Positions 21,899 through 33,675 of a stretch of DNA of 64,000 bases are shown here, in pieces (position 1 is the first letter of the stretch; every line of letters starts with the position of its first letter). The notes beneath the pieces are model-generated. The model saw nothing but the letters and a program-made list of their open reading frames with translations. It was not told the origin of the DNA and did no database searches. A program made the translations under genes and the position numbers. Where the stretch lies: NCBI RefSeq assembly GCF_003018255.1, contig NZ_CP027440.1; one strand, given 5' to 3'. Origin of the DNA: Escherichia coli (GTDB taxonomy: Bacteria > Pseudomonadota > Gammaproteobacteria > Enterobacterales > Enterobacteriaceae).

Positions 21899-23581
21899 TT
21901 ATTTCGCTTCGCTTAGTGCTTTCTTGATATTGTTAAACTTCTCCTGATTTACCTCGCTAAGCGGTGGCTGGCTGTTGTCGATAAACTCTCTTACCACGCC
22001 TTGCATCTCTTTAACGACCTGCGGATTGGCGGCGGCAAGGTTATCTTTTTGCTGTAGATCCGTCAGTTTGTAGAGACCTAACTGATTATTTTCTACTGTA
22101 TAGACAAGCGAATAATCGTTATTTCTCACCGTATAAGAGAATTGGCTTAAGTCCTCGGTGTTGGGGTTATGCGGGTAATCGTCTGACTGATGGCGGACAA
22201 ATTTGTGGTAATTATCCCAGAATGGAATATTTTCCTCATCAAACCAGTGAGAATAAGAGGTTATCCAGGTCAGATTTTTATGTGGCTCGCCTTGTTTCTT
22301 ATCTTGCAACCAGGGCAGCAAGGAAACGCCATCCAGCTTAAGGTCTTTTGGAATGCTGATATCGGCTGCATCAAGAGCTGTCGGGTAGAAATCCATTGCG
22401 GAAATCAGCTTGTCATAATTACCGGGTTGAAGTTTTCCTTTCCACCACATAAACATTGGGGTGTGAGTACCGCCAGGATAGGTCTGACTCTTATAGCCTT
22501 TTTGCGCCCCGTTCAGCGGCAGAGGACCATCGATAACCGCACCATTATCGGAGGTAAAGAGAATAATAGTATTGTCATACTGTCCGTTTTTCTTCAGTTG
22601 TTCGAGAATGCGTTTTACACCCTGATCAACAGAATAAACGGAAGCGTAGTAGTTATCTGCTGTTTGACTACCGGTATTAAATTGCTTCTGATATTGCTCC
22701 GGTGCAGGATTATCATTTGGCAGATGCGGAGCATTATAAGCCAGGTAAAGCATAAAAGGCTGGTCAAGTGTTTTGGCACGATCAACAACGCCAATTGCCT
22801 CATCGGTTAACTGATCGCTGATATAACCTTTTGCGGGGACGCGTTCACGGTTTTTGAACAGTGAAGGGGAGTTGTAATATGCCGTTCCTGCAGCGTGGAA
22901 TCCCATAAAGTAATCAAAGCCACGGTTTTGCGGTTGCCATTCTTCCGCAGAATAGGTGGTGAAGTTGTCATGATAGTCACGCGTTTGTTTATCTTCCGGT
23001 ACCGGCACATTACTGATTTTTGACAAGTGCCATTTACCTACTGCTGCAGTGTAATAACCATGATTCTGGAATAATTCAGGCAGGAAAGTTTCTGTTAGCG
23101 GAATACCATCCTGAGCATCGGTATTGGAATAGACACCAAAGCGGGCGGGCGCTCGACCGGTCATTATTGCGGCGCGGGAGGGGCCGGAAACACCGTGCGC
23201 CACATAGCCGTTAGTAAAACGTACGCCTTCATCCATTAATGACAGGAGCGTCGGCGTTGATTTTTGCGCAGCTTCAATGGCTTTATCTATCCCTATTTTG
23301 TAGGTATCGACAACTTCACGATTTTCCATTGTTTTTGGGTCAAAAGATCCCTTATCAAAAGGAAGTTGTCCATAACCAAGATCATCCATAGTCAGTACGA
23401 TAATATTTGGCTTTCCCTTGGTACTGTATTCAGTCGGCGTAAAGTCTGAGAAAGCAACGTTTGTTTTGGTTGCTTTCAGCTTTACATCATCTGCCGCATG
23501 AGCAGCAAATGCAGCCATACCAGATGCCAGTATCAAAGATATCGAGGTACTTACGACACTTTTCTTTAATGCAGACTTCAT
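21899..23581 (-). CDS. ydeN: Putative sulfatase YdeN (560 aa), start ATG at 23581 (MKSALKK...)
   Basis: ORF 21899..23614 trimmed to a signal-peptide start; recognised. Confidence 0.9.
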   Translation of the reverse strand: MKSALKKSVVSTSISLILASGMAAFAAHAADDVKLKATKTNVAFSDFTPTEYSTKGKPNIIVLTMDDLGYGQLPFDKGSFDPKTMENREVVDTYKIGIDKAIEAAQKSTPTLLSLMDEGVRFTNGYVAHGVSGPSRAAIMTGRAPARFGVYSNTDAQDGIPLTETFLPELFQNHGYYTAAVGKWHLSKISNVPVPEDKQTRDYHDNFTTYSAEEWQPQNRGFDYFMGFHAAGTAYYNSPSLFKNRERVPAKGYISDQLTDEAIGVVDRAKTLDQPFMLYLAYNAPHLPNDNPAPEQYQKQFNTGSQTADNYYASVYSVDQGVKRILEQLKKNGQYDNTIILFTSDNGAVIDGPLPLNGAQKGYKSQTYPGGTHTPMFMWWKGKLQPGNYDKLISAMDFYPTALDAADISIPKDLKLDGVSLLPWLQDKKQGEPHKNLTWITSYSHWFDEENIPFWDNYHKFVRHQSDDYPHNPNTEDLSQFSYTVRNNDYSLVYTVENNQLGLYKLTDLQQKDNLAAANPQVVKEMQGVVREFIDNSQPPLSEVNQEKFNNIKKALSEAK

Positions 23582-23896
23582 AAATGTTCCTCTTCTTATT
23601 GTACTTAATTCCAAAGTAATTTTACGAAGAGAAATAAGTGGATGTAAGTGAAGTTAGTCACATAAAGAGATAGCAGATTAAGCTAAAAAAAGAGAAATAA
23701 CAGTCCATAAACTGTTGACATTACTTTCTATTCTACTAAGTAATTTCTCGCCGATAAACAACTAATCTATTGATATTTAATAAATTATTGTATTTTACTG
23801 ACAAAATTCCGAATTGAGATCATAAATAATCATGCAACAGGTTATGCAAATGCATAAATATGTGATGAATGTCACTTATTTATTTCAATAATATAT

Positions 23897-23933
23897 CGCC
23901 TAAAAACAACGCGGGGCAGGGAATGGCTGCCCC
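23897..23933 (-). terminator. Rho-independent terminator downstream of ydeO
   Basis: Hairpin ggggcag-N7-ctgcccc followed on the reverse strand by gcgttgttttt. Confidence 0.55.
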
Positions 23934-23982
23934 ATTTTAATTTCTACGTAACGTGCGTGGTTGACTACTCGTTAGCAAATAA

Positions 23983-24744
23983 TCAAATAGCTAAAGCACT
24001 CATCGTGTTATCCGTGTTCATACCCGTGTGCCTTTGACAACGGTACTCCTTAGAAACTCTCTTCGGACTGTTGCCGAAATGTTTGCGGAACGCATAAATA
24101 AAATAAGATGTACTCGCATAACCACATTGTTCGGCAATTTTATTGACTGAACCTTCTACGCGTATCAAATTTTTTGCGTGCTGCATTCTGGCATCTAAAA
24201 GAATCTGTGAGAATGTCGTTTGCTCTTGCTTTAGTTTTTTCTTCAACAGGCTTTCACTAATGTACAGGCAGTCACAAATATCTTTCAGCTTCCATGGGTG
24301 CGCCAGCTTCATGTTGACAATATTTCTCACTTTCCCGGAAACGGATAGCACACCGTTAGTTAATAGTGTAATGAAACCTTTGCATGTGGCAAAAATAGAC
24401 AGGCAAGAAAAAAGCAAAAGTTCTGAAAAGTTATGATGATTGCGTTCTTCCGAGTTGAGATAAGCAATCATTTCATTAAGCAATCCAGTCGGTACATTTG
24501 AAGCACGTAAAAACTTCGCAGGGACAGGCATCGTCACTGTCTGGATGTTAGTGCATTGTAGATATTTTTTAATGGTGTTTTCATTAAATCCGATTTCTTT
24601 GAAATGCCGCTCATAAGGTTCAAAATGCGTACGAACAGCGTTATCTACCATCAGGATCTCGCCGTCAGAGAAGGCGTAATCTTTATCTGAAATGTTAGCG
24701 TTGAAGGCATGATGAATAAATATAACAGAACAAACGAGCGACAT
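23983..24744 (-). CDS. ydeO: AraC-family acid-resistance regulator YdeO (253 aa)
   Basis: 253-aa ORF with C-terminal AraC HTH; downstream of safA. Confidence 0.93.
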   Translation of the reverse strand: MSLVCSVIFIHHAFNANISDKDYAFSDGEILMVDNAVRTHFEPYERHFKEIGFNENTIKKYLQCTNIQTVTMPVPAKFLRASNVPTGLLNEMIAYLNSEERNHHNFSELLLFSCLSIFATCKGFITLLTNGVLSVSGKVRNIVNMKLAHPWKLKDICDCLYISESLLKKKLKQEQTTFSQILLDARMQHAKNLIRVEGSVNKIAEQCGYASTSYFIYAFRKHFGNSPKRVSKEYRCQRHTGMNTDNTMSALAI

Positions 24745-24818
24745 TTTATCTCCTTAAAATAATAAAGTTTTTATCGATAATTTTTTAACATTTCATATTT
24801 ATAATTTGCTGTTTATTT

Positions 24819-25016
24819 TCAGTCTTGCAAACTATTGATAATGAAATGTGTAAGATCTCTTGCAATGCGACCCATTTCTGAAATACCCAGCTGATCAATT
24901 GCCGAAAAAATGGCTATCAACGTAAGTGTCAGTAATAAGACAACCACAATTACAGACATGATTTCTTTATAGTTGTCTCTTTGCGTGATTTTGTTTTTCA
25001 CTGTGGTCGCATGCAT
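24819..25016 (-). CDS. safA: Small membrane connector protein SafA (65 aa), links EvgS/EvgA to PhoQ
   Basis: 65-aa ORF MHATTVKNKITQRDNYKEIMSVIVVVLLLTLTLIAIF... with a single TM segment. Confidence 0.9.
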   Translation of the reverse strand: MHATTVKNKITQRDNYKEIMSVIVVVLLLTLTLIAIFSAIDQLGISEMGRIARDLTHFIINSLQD

Positions 25017-25127
25017 TTCAAATATGTTAATTTAGCGGATAACGTTAAAAATCGTTAATCAGTATGCTTAATATAACAGGCTGGAGAAAAGAGGAAATAG
25101 GACTGGCACTTCAGTACTGAGCGGAGT

Positions 25128-25148
25128 TTCTTACAGCTGTAGGCAGAA
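25128..25148 (-). promoter_or_regulatory. Candidate EvgA box upstream of safA-ydeO
   Basis: TTCTTACA-GC-TGTAGGCAGAA resembles the EvgA inverted-repeat consensus TTCPyTACA-N2-TGTAPuGAA, about 110 bp upstream of safA. Confidence 0.55.
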
Positions 25149-25263
25149 GTTTATATCTTATAGGATGTGGTTTAATTTAATCCATGTGAGCAAATTGCGC
25201 GATAATAGTCAATGAGGAATTCTTCTGCTGTGCGGATGACAGCAGAAGAAATGAGAAGAGGCA

Positions 25264-27543
25264 TTAATTTGATGGTTCTAATTCAACCGGAATACTTTTA
25301 TAGCCTGGAATGCCACTTAATGGATCGTGGTTATCAAGTGTTAGCATGTGATTCGATTCTGGAAAATAGGTCACCAGTGAGCGGTCAGCCATAGGGTAAA
25401 TGACCACTTTTAATCTATCCATGCGGCGTGAGCTTCGCTTACCGTCTGGCGTAAGCGCAATAAGATTAACTCTTTCGCCGTTTTTTACACGGCAAATTTT
25501 AGCTTGTTTAGCACTCATAAAGACCACATCTCGTTGACCGAATACCCCTCGATAGCGATCATCCATACCATAAATCGTCGTGTTGTACTGATCGTGACTG
25601 CGTACTGTCGCCATGACTAGCTTACTGTTAAACGCTGAAGAGGGATCTTCTAACAGCCCTTTACTGGTAATGAAATTAGCCTTACCTGACGACGTCCTCC
25701 AGCGCCTTTCAGCAGCTGCGTTTATCAGGTGAAAACCTCCAGGATGTCGGATGCGCTGGTTATAGTCGGCGAACTCTGGCAGTACAGCTTCAATGTCATT
25801 GCGAATGCGATCATAATCTTCCACCAGATACTCCCAGGCTACCACGCTCTGGGGGAGTGCTGCCTGCGCGATTCCCGCAACCACTGCACACTCTGATTTC
25901 AGCATTACACCGGCGGGTTTTAACACGCCACGCGAGGCATGAATCATCGACATTGAATCCTCAACGGTTACCGCCTGCGTACCGCTTTTTTGCATGTCAA
26001 TCTCGCTGCGTCCCAGAACCGGCAGAATATAGCTATGCCGTGCGGTCAGCAGATGAGAGCGGTTAAGCTTAGTGGCAACGTGTACCGCCAGATCTAATTG
26101 CGTTAACGGTACAGCGCTCGCTTCCCGATCTGGCATTGCCAGTGCAAAGTTGCCCCCCATGCAGATCAATGCGCGAGCCTGCCCCGTACATATTGCTTGC
26201 ATGCTGGCAATTGCAGCATGTCCAGGTGCATGAGGTGGGGTGAAACCATAGCGCTCACCCAGGCGAGCCAGAAACTCTGCAGACGGTTTCTCGGTGATAC
26301 CGACGGTTCGGTCGCCCTGTACATTAGAGTGACCTCGTAGTGGGCAGATACCCGCACCAGGCTTACCAATGTTACCTTTCATCAACAGCAGATTGACCAG
26401 TTGCTGTACGTTCTGGGTACCATGTTCGTGCTGAGTGATCCCCATTCCGTAACAGATAATGGTTCGTTCGGCAGCGGCATATGCATCAGCAAGTTCGGCG
26501 ATTTGTGTCTGACTTAGTCCAGAAATACGTTCGATATCTTTCCACTCGGAATTGAGCACGTCACGGCGTAGCTCGTCAAAGCCGATGGTATGCGTTTGAA
26601 TAAATTCGTCATCCAGCAATGAGGGCCGACCTGCGGCGCTTGCAGCATCATCGCGCTCAATTAACAGGCGCATCATCCCCTTGAGCAACGCCATATCACC
26701 ACCAATGCGCACGTTGTAGTAGGCACTGGCCAACTGAGTCTCAGAGTTCGTCAGCATTTCAAACGGGTTTTGCGGTGCGGTAAATCGCTCCAGGCCACGT
26801 TCCTGTAGAGGATTGATGGCGATCATTTTCGCTCCCCGTTTCACTAAAGCGCGCAACGAAGTCAACATGCGAGGGTGGTTTGTACCAGGGTTATGCCCAA
26901 TGCAAATGACTAAATCGCATTTCTCAAAGTCTTCCAGCAACACGGTCCCTTTACCTACACCGATACTCGCTGCCAAACCCACACTGGTCGGTTCATGGCA
27001 CATGTTGGAGCAGTCGGGGAAGTTATTGCTCCCGTATTCACGGGCAAAAAGCTGATAAAGAAAGGCAGCTTCATTGGAAGTGCGGCCCGAAGTATAGAAT
27101 TCAACCTGATTGGGATCACTATAGCTTTGAAGGCGTTCGCCAATTTCGTCGAAAGCTTGTTGCCAGCTTAATGGCTTGTAACAGTCGCTGACGTCATCAT
27201 ATTTCAAAGGCTGAGTGAGACGTCCCGCAGCCTCAAGCTCGTGATCTCCCCAGGTAAGTAATGATTGAACCGTATTCTCAGCAAAGAAAGAGGCATTTAC
27301 CTGCTTATCCGTGACTTCCCAGGCGATTGCTTTTGCGCCGTTTTCACAAATGTCGAATGACGCACTGTGCTTAGGATCTGGCCATGCACATCCCGGACAG
27401 TCAAAGCCCTCTGGCTTATTCATATCAAACATGGCAATAACATCCTGGCGTATATCCATCTGCTTACGTACTGCATTTGCTACGGATTTAACAGCACCCC
27501 AACCACCGGCAGCTCCCTGGTAGGATTCAATTTTTTTCTTCAT
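25264..27543 (-). CDS. ydeP: Molybdopterin-type oxidoreductase YdeP (759 aa), acid resistance
   Basis: 759-aa ORF; recognised. Confidence 0.93.
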   Translation of the reverse strand: MKKKIESYQGAAGGWGAVKSVANAVRKQMDIRQDVIAMFDMNKPEGFDCPGCAWPDPKHSASFDICENGAKAIAWEVTDKQVNASFFAENTVQSLLTWGDHELEAAGRLTQPLKYDDVSDCYKPLSWQQAFDEIGERLQSYSDPNQVEFYTSGRTSNEAAFLYQLFAREYGSNNFPDCSNMCHEPTSVGLAASIGVGKGTVLLEDFEKCDLVICIGHNPGTNHPRMLTSLRALVKRGAKMIAINPLQERGLERFTAPQNPFEMLTNSETQLASAYYNVRIGGDMALLKGMMRLLIERDDAASAAGRPSLLDDEFIQTHTIGFDELRRDVLNSEWKDIERISGLSQTQIAELADAYAAAERTIICYGMGITQHEHGTQNVQQLVNLLLMKGNIGKPGAGICPLRGHSNVQGDRTVGITEKPSAEFLARLGERYGFTPPHAPGHAAIASMQAICTGQARALICMGGNFALAMPDREASAVPLTQLDLAVHVATKLNRSHLLTARHSYILPVLGRSEIDMQKSGTQAVTVEDSMSMIHASRGVLKPAGVMLKSECAVVAGIAQAALPQSVVAWEYLVEDYDRIRNDIEAVLPEFADYNQRIRHPGGFHLINAAAERRWRTSSGKANFITSKGLLEDPSSAFNSKLVMATVRSHDQYNTTIYGMDDRYRGVFGQRDVVFMSAKQAKICRVKNGERVNLIALTPDGKRSSRRMDRLKVVIYPMADRSLVTYFPESNHMLTLDNHDPLSGIPGYKSIPVELEPSN

Positions 27544-27785
27544 CTGCTTATCCTGTGTGGAAATGAATTATTAGGATTTGTAATAGCGATGATGCACAGT
27601 ATATACAAAGGGATTATCGTCAACATGGATATATAAGAGTAGGGGACTACTCTCTTTCTATTTTAATCTATTATCGTTAAACAAAAGATTAAATACGATA
27701 AATTAAGCATCATCTCTCATAGTGTTTAAATTAACATATTTTTCAATATAAAAAATAAGACTCTGGCGTTAATTGTGCGCGGATT

Positions 27786-27803
27786 TTCTTACAGGTGTAG
27801 GAT
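27786..27803 (-). promoter_or_regulatory. Candidate EvgA box upstream of ydeP
   Basis: TTCTTACA-GG-TGTAGGA matches the EvgA consensus, about 245 bp upstream of the ydeP start. Confidence 0.5.
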
Positions 27804-27875
27804 AATAGCCTTCACAAAATAATTATCCGCGCAATTTTCGCGAATGGAGCGCATAGACTAAGGTCAAAATCACAA

Positions 27876-28790
27876 TTATTCATAGATAAAAGTGACACCA
27901 ATGACTGACTGAACTGTTCCGGCTGAAACTTTGTTTCCTGTTTGTCCATAGGTTGCGCTTAAACCCAGAGGTACTTTGCTTTTATTTACTGTCCCCAGGG
28001 AGACGTTTTCTCCCGTAGCCAGTATTTTTCCATTACGCATCAGAGAGACACCCACTCCCGATGCTTTTGTTGCATCTGGTGCTGTGTTAGCAAACACTTG
28101 TCTGGCACTGTCAGTGGTAGCACCCGAAAGATAAAATGAGAGCTTTTGTTCACTTGAGCAATATACGCCAAGGGGTATTTCTGCGCTTCCAAGAAAGTCC
28201 GGGAGATTCACGTTGACATTACGACTATCAACGGTGCAGCCGCCTGTTGGCATAACAACACTGTTATTTGAAATAATATTCCACGTAAAATTACGCGGAT
28301 TTCCGCTTCCTAACGTGGCAATTTTATACATATGAATACGGGCAATAACTTCCCCTGCTTTTATGACAACTCCACCGGCCACTCCGACTGGGGTAATATA
28401 GAGTTTTAACGGTAATGGCATCGGTGTCTTATCACCAATATCCAATACGTTGGTATTTGTCGTCAACGGGAAGGGGTAGGTCACATTATTCCAGTACAGT
28501 GATCCTTTATATGACTGTAGGGAGCCTGCGAAAGCTGATCCTTGTACCAGGTTTATATGATCAGTGTCGTACCAGCCGCCGTAATCATTCCAGCAACTTA
28601 TATGCTGAGACAAGTCTACAACCAGATTCTGGCCCGGTTGTATTACAGGATCGAGATTAACATAAACAGAGGTTGTACCTGCTCCAATACTTGACCCGCC
28701 ATCGACATTACAACTGAAGGCAAAAACTTTGCCTGCCATTAATAGAAGATAAATACCGAACAGGACCTTTATACTGAATGTTTTATCCAT
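27876..28790 (-). CDS. ydeQ: F9 fimbrial tip adhesin, FimH-like (304 aa)
   Basis: 304-aa ORF with signal peptide and lectin plus pilin domain organisation; last gene of the fimbrial operon. Confidence 0.9.
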   Translation of the reverse strand: MDKTFSIKVLFGIYLLLMAGKVFAFSCNVDGGSSIGAGTTSVYVNLDPVIQPGQNLVVDLSQHISCWNDYGGWYDTDHINLVQGSAFAGSLQSYKGSLYWNNVTYPFPLTTNTNVLDIGDKTPMPLPLKLYITPVGVAGGVVIKAGEVIARIHMYKIATLGSGNPRNFTWNIISNNSVVMPTGGCTVDSRNVNVNLPDFLGSAEIPLGVYCSSEQKLSFYLSGATTDSARQVFANTAPDATKASGVGVSLMRNGKILATGENVSLGTVNKSKVPLGLSATYGQTGNKVSAGTVQSVIGVTFIYE

Positions 28791-28849
28791 GATATATCCT
28801 AAGGTTAAAAAATTGATTTAAAAAGGAGGCAAAAAAAATCAAATTGATG

Positions 28850-29353
28850 TTATTGCCAGGTATAGATCACATTGATTAGCGCCTCGATCGTTCCCTGGCT
28901 TGCGTTTCCATTCACCGTGATAGCTCTTGCCTTAAGTGGAAACTGTGCATTACGAGTGATCTCATCAACAATAACCGTTTTGCTATCGCCATTTTTTAAC
29001 GTCGCATCCTGGTCATCCCTTAGCTCTATCTGAATATTTTCGGCAGTACCTTCATTTTTGTAATAACCCGTATTGTCAGTTGAACCTGTCACGATTGCCG
29101 TCACTGCACTTGTTTCAACCGGACAATCGGTTAATGACAAAGTAATATTGTGCCAGCCTGATGCAGAACCAGGTTGTTGCAGATTGCGCGTATAAAGATC
29201 CCCGAGATTAACGTTAGCTTCTTTGGTTTGAATAGTGCAGGGTTTAGCGACTACCCGACCATTAACAGTGATAGTGACATCGGCGGCCTGGAGAGTTGCT
29301 GTGAATAACGCGCAAAACGTCGCTAACAGGAACCTCTTGTGAAGTCTTTTCAT
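28850..29353 (-). CDS. ydeR: F9 fimbrial minor subunit, FimG-like (167 aa)
   Basis: 167-aa secreted pilin-like ORF. Confidence 0.9.
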   Translation of the reverse strand: MKRLHKRFLLATFCALFTATLQAADVTITVNGRVVAKPCTIQTKEANVNLGDLYTRNLQQPGSASGWHNITLSLTDCPVETSAVTAIVTGSTDNTGYYKNEGTAENIQIELRDDQDATLKNGDSKTVIVDEITRNAQFPLKARAITVNGNASQGTIEALINVIYTWQ

Positions 29354-29365
29354 ATCTGGCTCTGA

Positions 29366-29896
29366 TTATTGAAATTCAAGGGTAAAGGTTGCCGAAGCCC
29401 TCACCAGTCCCGGATTGACGGACTTCTGAGTTGACTTCAGACGAGCGGAGTAAGGCAAAATATTGTTCTGTTCTGGTACCAGTGGGATCCACTGCATCCC
29501 GGCATGAAGGTCATTCAATTTCACCGGACGCATATTTCCGTCCAGTATTTCTATACCCAAACCGGAGGCCGTGTTGCTTCCTTCATCCAGTTTCAACAGA
29601 GTATTATTTTCTGCATCCTCAATACCGTTAAATGCAACCCGAACCCCCGTTGTCCCTTTACTGCATTCACTTAACGTAATCTGAAAAGGGACGGCTGGAC
29701 TTGTGCTACCGGTCGTTGGAAATTGTCTGGCACTGTTTTTTTGGAGATCTACGGTAAAATTAAGCGAATCCGATGAGACTGTGCAGCCATAATCGAGAAC
29801 GCGCCCGCTAATTTTAATAACGCTATCTGCAGATAAAGCAGAATAGGTGGTTAACCCCAGACATAAACCGAGGAAAATAACGTTATTGTATTTCAT
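29366..29896 (-). CDS. ydeS: F9 fimbrial minor subunit, FimF-like (176 aa)
   Basis: 176-aa secreted pilin-like ORF. Confidence 0.9.
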   Translation of the reverse strand: MKYNNVIFLGLCLGLTTYSALSADSVIKISGRVLDYGCTVSSDSLNFTVDLQKNSARQFPTTGSTSPAVPFQITLSECSKGTTGVRVAFNGIEDAENNTLLKLDEGSNTASGLGIEILDGNMRPVKLNDLHAGMQWIPLVPEQNNILPYSARLKSTQKSVNPGLVRASATFTLEFQ

Positions 29897-29909
29897 AATC
29901 TATTGTTCC

Positions 29910-32561
29910 TTAGCGACAGATTGCTGTCTGCTGGTTCAGCAAGGTTTCAGGAGAGACTGCAGGAAGCTTGTACTCGACAATACAGTTTGAGTTTTTATCT
30001 TTGCCCCATGAAACCTGTAATTTCCCTGACTGTGGAAGTCCAGTCAGATAAACCTGACCGTTTTCCGCGACAATGCTGCCATTTTTATTCTCCCCATGTG
30101 TGACAATTGCACCGAATGGAACGCTCTTATTACCGTACTTCAACGTCATTAATACTTTCCCGCCGATTTGTGCATTAAATGTTGCTCTGGCAATAGCACC
30201 GTGAGTTGGGATGACAGTGACAACGGTTTCATCCAGTTCAACATTATCTGCAAGGGAATTCGCGTTAAGAGCGACACGATTTTCTCTATATTCTGTCGCA
30301 AATGGTAATATGGCATAGCCACGCCAGTCGGTATGAATTCCGGTCTGGTTCTCTATTTTGACATTATCAGCGCCAGGAGCCTTAACCAGAACCATTGTGT
30401 CGCCCAGCGGCTGTCCAAAGGTGATGCCATCAGCATGAGCAATAATGCCACCACTCATTCCGTAATAAATCTGGCTGCTGTCACCACTCCGACTGTAACC
30501 GACATTCGTATTACCGTAAGCTCCACGATAATTAAGAGAACTGTAACCACTGGTGCCAGACGATGTATTACCCCCTTGGGTGTTACCGACCTGAACGCTA
30601 TAATTCAGGTTATTATCCGGCAGCAGAGTGCCATAAACCCCTGATAGGTTGGTCATGCCGCCTTTCAAATCGTTTGACATACTGTAACTGGCGTTTGAAT
30701 TACGAAATGCCGACTGACTGTCTGTACGCATCCAATGACTGAAGGGAACATTAAGCGTAAAAGCAAGTAAATGATCCCGATCGTTTTGCCATATATTATT
30801 GGAATAGCTGTAATTCAGCGAAGTCGTAATATCACCAAACGGCACATTTAATCCAAATGATATTTGCTGGTCGCTGCGTGACGTGTTCCAGTAACTTTGG
30901 CGACTGGCACTGAAAAATGTCGTACCGTAATGTCCAAGCTGCTGAGAGATGCTTATTTGTTCCTGACCACGCTTACTGTAAAACAGATTAAAATAATCAA
31001 TAAATAGTGTCTGCTCATTGCTGTCTCCGGTAGGAGGCTTGACGGTGTAACCACTCATTCGACTGTAGGCACTGTCGGATAAGTTATAAAAACCTTGCGT
31101 AGAATAGCGATATCCTGCGACCTGGATATTGGTTCCCGTCTGGTAGAAGGATTTGCTGTAGACGGATTTAACCGATTGTCCGCTGTGACGGGTGTCATCT
31201 GCAAGCGTCGTATTGGCCTGCGTGATATCGAAAGAAAAGGCACCAAAAAGTCCTAAATCTTTACCAATACCAAGGTTGAAGGCCTGATATTCTTCTGCAA
31301 TTTGCATTCCGCCATAAGGTGTCCAGTTTCCTTCCAGTCCATGCATCAAGCTACCTTGTATGAATTTGGGGGAGCTTTGCAGGTTATTTCCACTACGATA
31401 TTCCCCCATGGCAAGCGCATAACGCGTATATCCAGCACGTTGGAGAACCGGAACAGACGAATAAGGAACATATAATGTCTGAATACTGCCGTCTGCATCT
31501 TTTATGGTTACTTGCAGATCACCACCATTGGCCGCAGAGTTGATATCATCAATAGTAAAAGGGCCGGGTGGGACAGTAGTCTGATAAACATCGTATCCAT
31601 TCTGTTTTACACTCACTTGTGCGGTGCCGCGGGCAATACCATGAATCACCGGAGCGAAACCATGTTGGCTATCGGGCAACATCGCTTCTGTTGAATTTAT
31701 TTTGAGGCCACGAAAGTTTACACTATCAAAAATATCGCCATCGGTATAACTATCACCTACCGTTAAGCGTGAGCGTAAGGGAATAATGTCACGTTCAGCC
31801 GACGTATTGATATGCTGCCATTTATTGCTGTCAGATGAATTGCTACTCCCACTGTTATAACTCCACGTTGAGTTATCGCGCAGTCGCCAACTACCAATGT
31901 TGATGCCACTCTGTAAATTCAAATATGCATAGTTGGATTTTCCTGCATTATGGTTACTACGATTATTAATAGAATTACCATTAAAACTATAGTTTAGTAG
32001 CCCAGCATTTATTCCTTCTTCCCACAGATCCGGAGAAACATAGCCGCGAGCCATTCTGCCAACATAAATTTGCGGAACGGAGAGTGATAGATGTTGCTGA
32101 CCAACATTAAACTCAGATGATGCGTCAGCCAAACGATCCCGAAGTGGTGTGCATGCGCTGTTGTCCGACACATGTTTTTCTGCCGAATGTTCCTTATTGT
32201 CTAATAATGCAGATTTTTTTATGCCAAGACTGACAAGAAGATCTGTACTCAGGCATGGGATGAGATCTGCGTTATTATCATCTGCAATAAAAGTAATATC
32301 CCGACTAGTCATAAATTCGTCGTTCAAATAAATGTCGACCCGATATGTACCAGGTGGTGCCTCGTGTCCCTTAGTAAAGGCGGATAAATCGACAGATTCA
32401 GCAAGATCATTGCTTAAAAACCGTGGATTAAAATAATACTCTGCGTCAACGGGAAAAACCGCAGTTGCTAAGCCAAGGGCAATGGTAAGCCGTGCAAAGC
32501 GAGGCAGTAGTAACACCTGATGCATACGATATGCCTTAAATGCGGCACGAAAGGCTGTCAT
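29910..32561 (-). CDS. ydeT: Full-length F9 fimbrial outer-membrane usher, FimD-like (871-883 aa depending on start)
   Basis: 883-codon ORF collinear with FimD throughout (for example YLNLQSGINIGSWRLRDNSTWSYN, FAPVIHGIARGTAQV); N-terminal half present. Confidence 0.9.
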   Translation of the reverse strand: MTAFRAAFKAYRMHQVLLLPRFARLTIALGLATAVFPVDAEYYFNPRFLSNDLAESVDLSAFTKGHEAPPGTYRVDIYLNDEFMTSRDITFIADDNNADLIPCLSTDLLVSLGIKKSALLDNKEHSAEKHVSDNSACTPLRDRLADASSEFNVGQQHLSLSVPQIYVGRMARGYVSPDLWEEGINAGLLNYSFNGNSINNRSNHNAGKSNYAYLNLQSGINIGSWRLRDNSTWSYNSGSSNSSDSNKWQHINTSAERDIIPLRSRLTVGDSYTDGDIFDSVNFRGLKINSTEAMLPDSQHGFAPVIHGIARGTAQVSVKQNGYDVYQTTVPPGPFTIDDINSAANGGDLQVTIKDADGSIQTLYVPYSSVPVLQRAGYTRYALAMGEYRSGNNLQSSPKFIQGSLMHGLEGNWTPYGGMQIAEEYQAFNLGIGKDLGLFGAFSFDITQANTTLADDTRHSGQSVKSVYSKSFYQTGTNIQVAGYRYSTQGFYNLSDSAYSRMSGYTVKPPTGDSNEQTLFIDYFNLFYSKRGQEQISISQQLGHYGTTFFSASRQSYWNTSRSDQQISFGLNVPFGDITTSLNYSYSNNIWQNDRDHLLAFTLNVPFSHWMRTDSQSAFRNSNASYSMSNDLKGGMTNLSGVYGTLLPDNNLNYSVQVGNTQGGNTSSGTSGYSSLNYRGAYGNTNVGYSRSGDSSQIYYGMSGGIIAHADGITFGQPLGDTMVLVKAPGADNVKIENQTGIHTDWRGYAILPFATEYRENRVALNANSLADNVELDETVVTVIPTHGAIARATFNAQIGGKVLMTLKYGNKSVPFGAIVTHGENKNGSIVAENGQVYLTGLPQSGKLQVSWGKDKNSNCIVEYKLPAVSPETLLNQQTAICR

Positions 32562-32602
32562 TATTAATTCCGATTGAGTTTATTATTAATTAAGTCACTG
32601 CT

Positions 32603-33313
32603 TTACTGCATGGTTGCCTTAATACGCGGAGTTAATGCACCGTAATCATTGATCGTCTGAAAACTGATATCTCCGGATGCGGCATGCGGGATATCCACCG
32701 ATACTTCACCTTTTGGCGGCACCATGGTGTTTGGGAGATTGCTATTTCCTGCTTTCATATTCGTTACGGTAATGAAGTAGGGCGTTGGATTAATAAGAGT
32801 AAGTTTGCTACCGCTGCGACGAAACCGAAGCATTGCAGGCGCTTCTTCAGGTGCCATTGCCAGGTTCGTGGGGCGATAAAACATTTTTATGCGGCTAATA
32901 ATTGCCAGCTGTAATGTATTCTCATTCTTCTGGTCTTTTTCCATAGCAGGAATAGCTTTAACATTCACCCAGAACAGGCTTTCACGGTCGCCTGGTAACT
33001 GATGATTAGTGGCGTTGATTATCCGCAGCGTGTTCTCTTTTTTACCTTGCATGGAAAAAAGCGGTGGCGTAATGACAAACTGGGTGTCTTTTTGGTCACC
33101 CGCATTTTCTATCCATGACTGAATGAGATAGACACTGGCAGGATCATTATTCGTGACAGGCAATAAAACCTGTTTCTGGTTTGCCGGATAAATTACCCGC
33201 GTCGCACCCAGTGCGACAGCTGCGTTGGCAACGGTGCTATGGCAAGCAAAGAGCAATAAAAGTAACACTGTCGCCATAAAGGAAACAGAGTAGGGGGGAC
33301 GCGTAGTTTGCAT
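32603..33313 (-). CDS. F9 fimbrial periplasmic chaperone, FimC-like (about 236 aa); start uncertain between 33322, 33313 and 33277
   Basis: Strong similarity to FimC (GATRVIYPA...KENTLRI...LQLAIISRIK...INDYGALTP); GGAGA RBS upstream. Confidence 0.88.
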   Translation of the reverse strand: MQTTRPPYSVSFMATVLLLLLFACHSTVANAAVALGATRVIYPANQKQVLLPVTNNDPASVYLIQSWIENAGDQKDTQFVITPPLFSMQGKKENTLRIINATNHQLPGDRESLFWVNVKAIPAMEKDQKNENTLQLAIISRIKMFYRPTNLAMAPEEAPAMLRFRRSGSKLTLINPTPYFITVTNMKAGNSNLPNTMVPPKGEVSVDIPHAASGDISFQTINDYGALTPRIKATMQ

Positions 33314-33675
33314 CTGATGCATTCTCCATGTGTTAAGAGGATAAGCGGGGAAACCGTTACATCAGACAATCGGTAAATGTTGCTAATACATTGGCGAGTC
33401 GCCGGGTTTCCAGACTTAATGCGTTTGAAATAAATGTTGGTTCTCTTTTAATAGGAAAACCTTGCTATAAAGTAAATATTTTAAATAACAGTAAGTTTAA
33501 CTACTGTTGTTTATTGAACGTTTAGATATTATGTGATTTTTTCATACCGCTCCAAAACACAAACTATTCCTCATTAATAATGAGATGAACATTGGTGAAT
33601 TTCTCGGGTGTGCGTAGCCATGCCACACACACCCTGTTTCAATTTCAGATGACGTATAGCCATCTTAAGATTGAA

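Noticed and set aside
22190-22810. 206-codon forward-strand ORF inside ydeN
   Set aside because: Antisense to the sulfatase gene, isoleucine-rich low-complexity translation, no independent start signal.
25212-25394. 60-codon forward-strand ORF spanning the ydeP 3' end
   Set aside because: Overlaps the ydeP stop region antisense and lies in the EvgA-regulated safA upstream region; no RBS and no recognisable domain.
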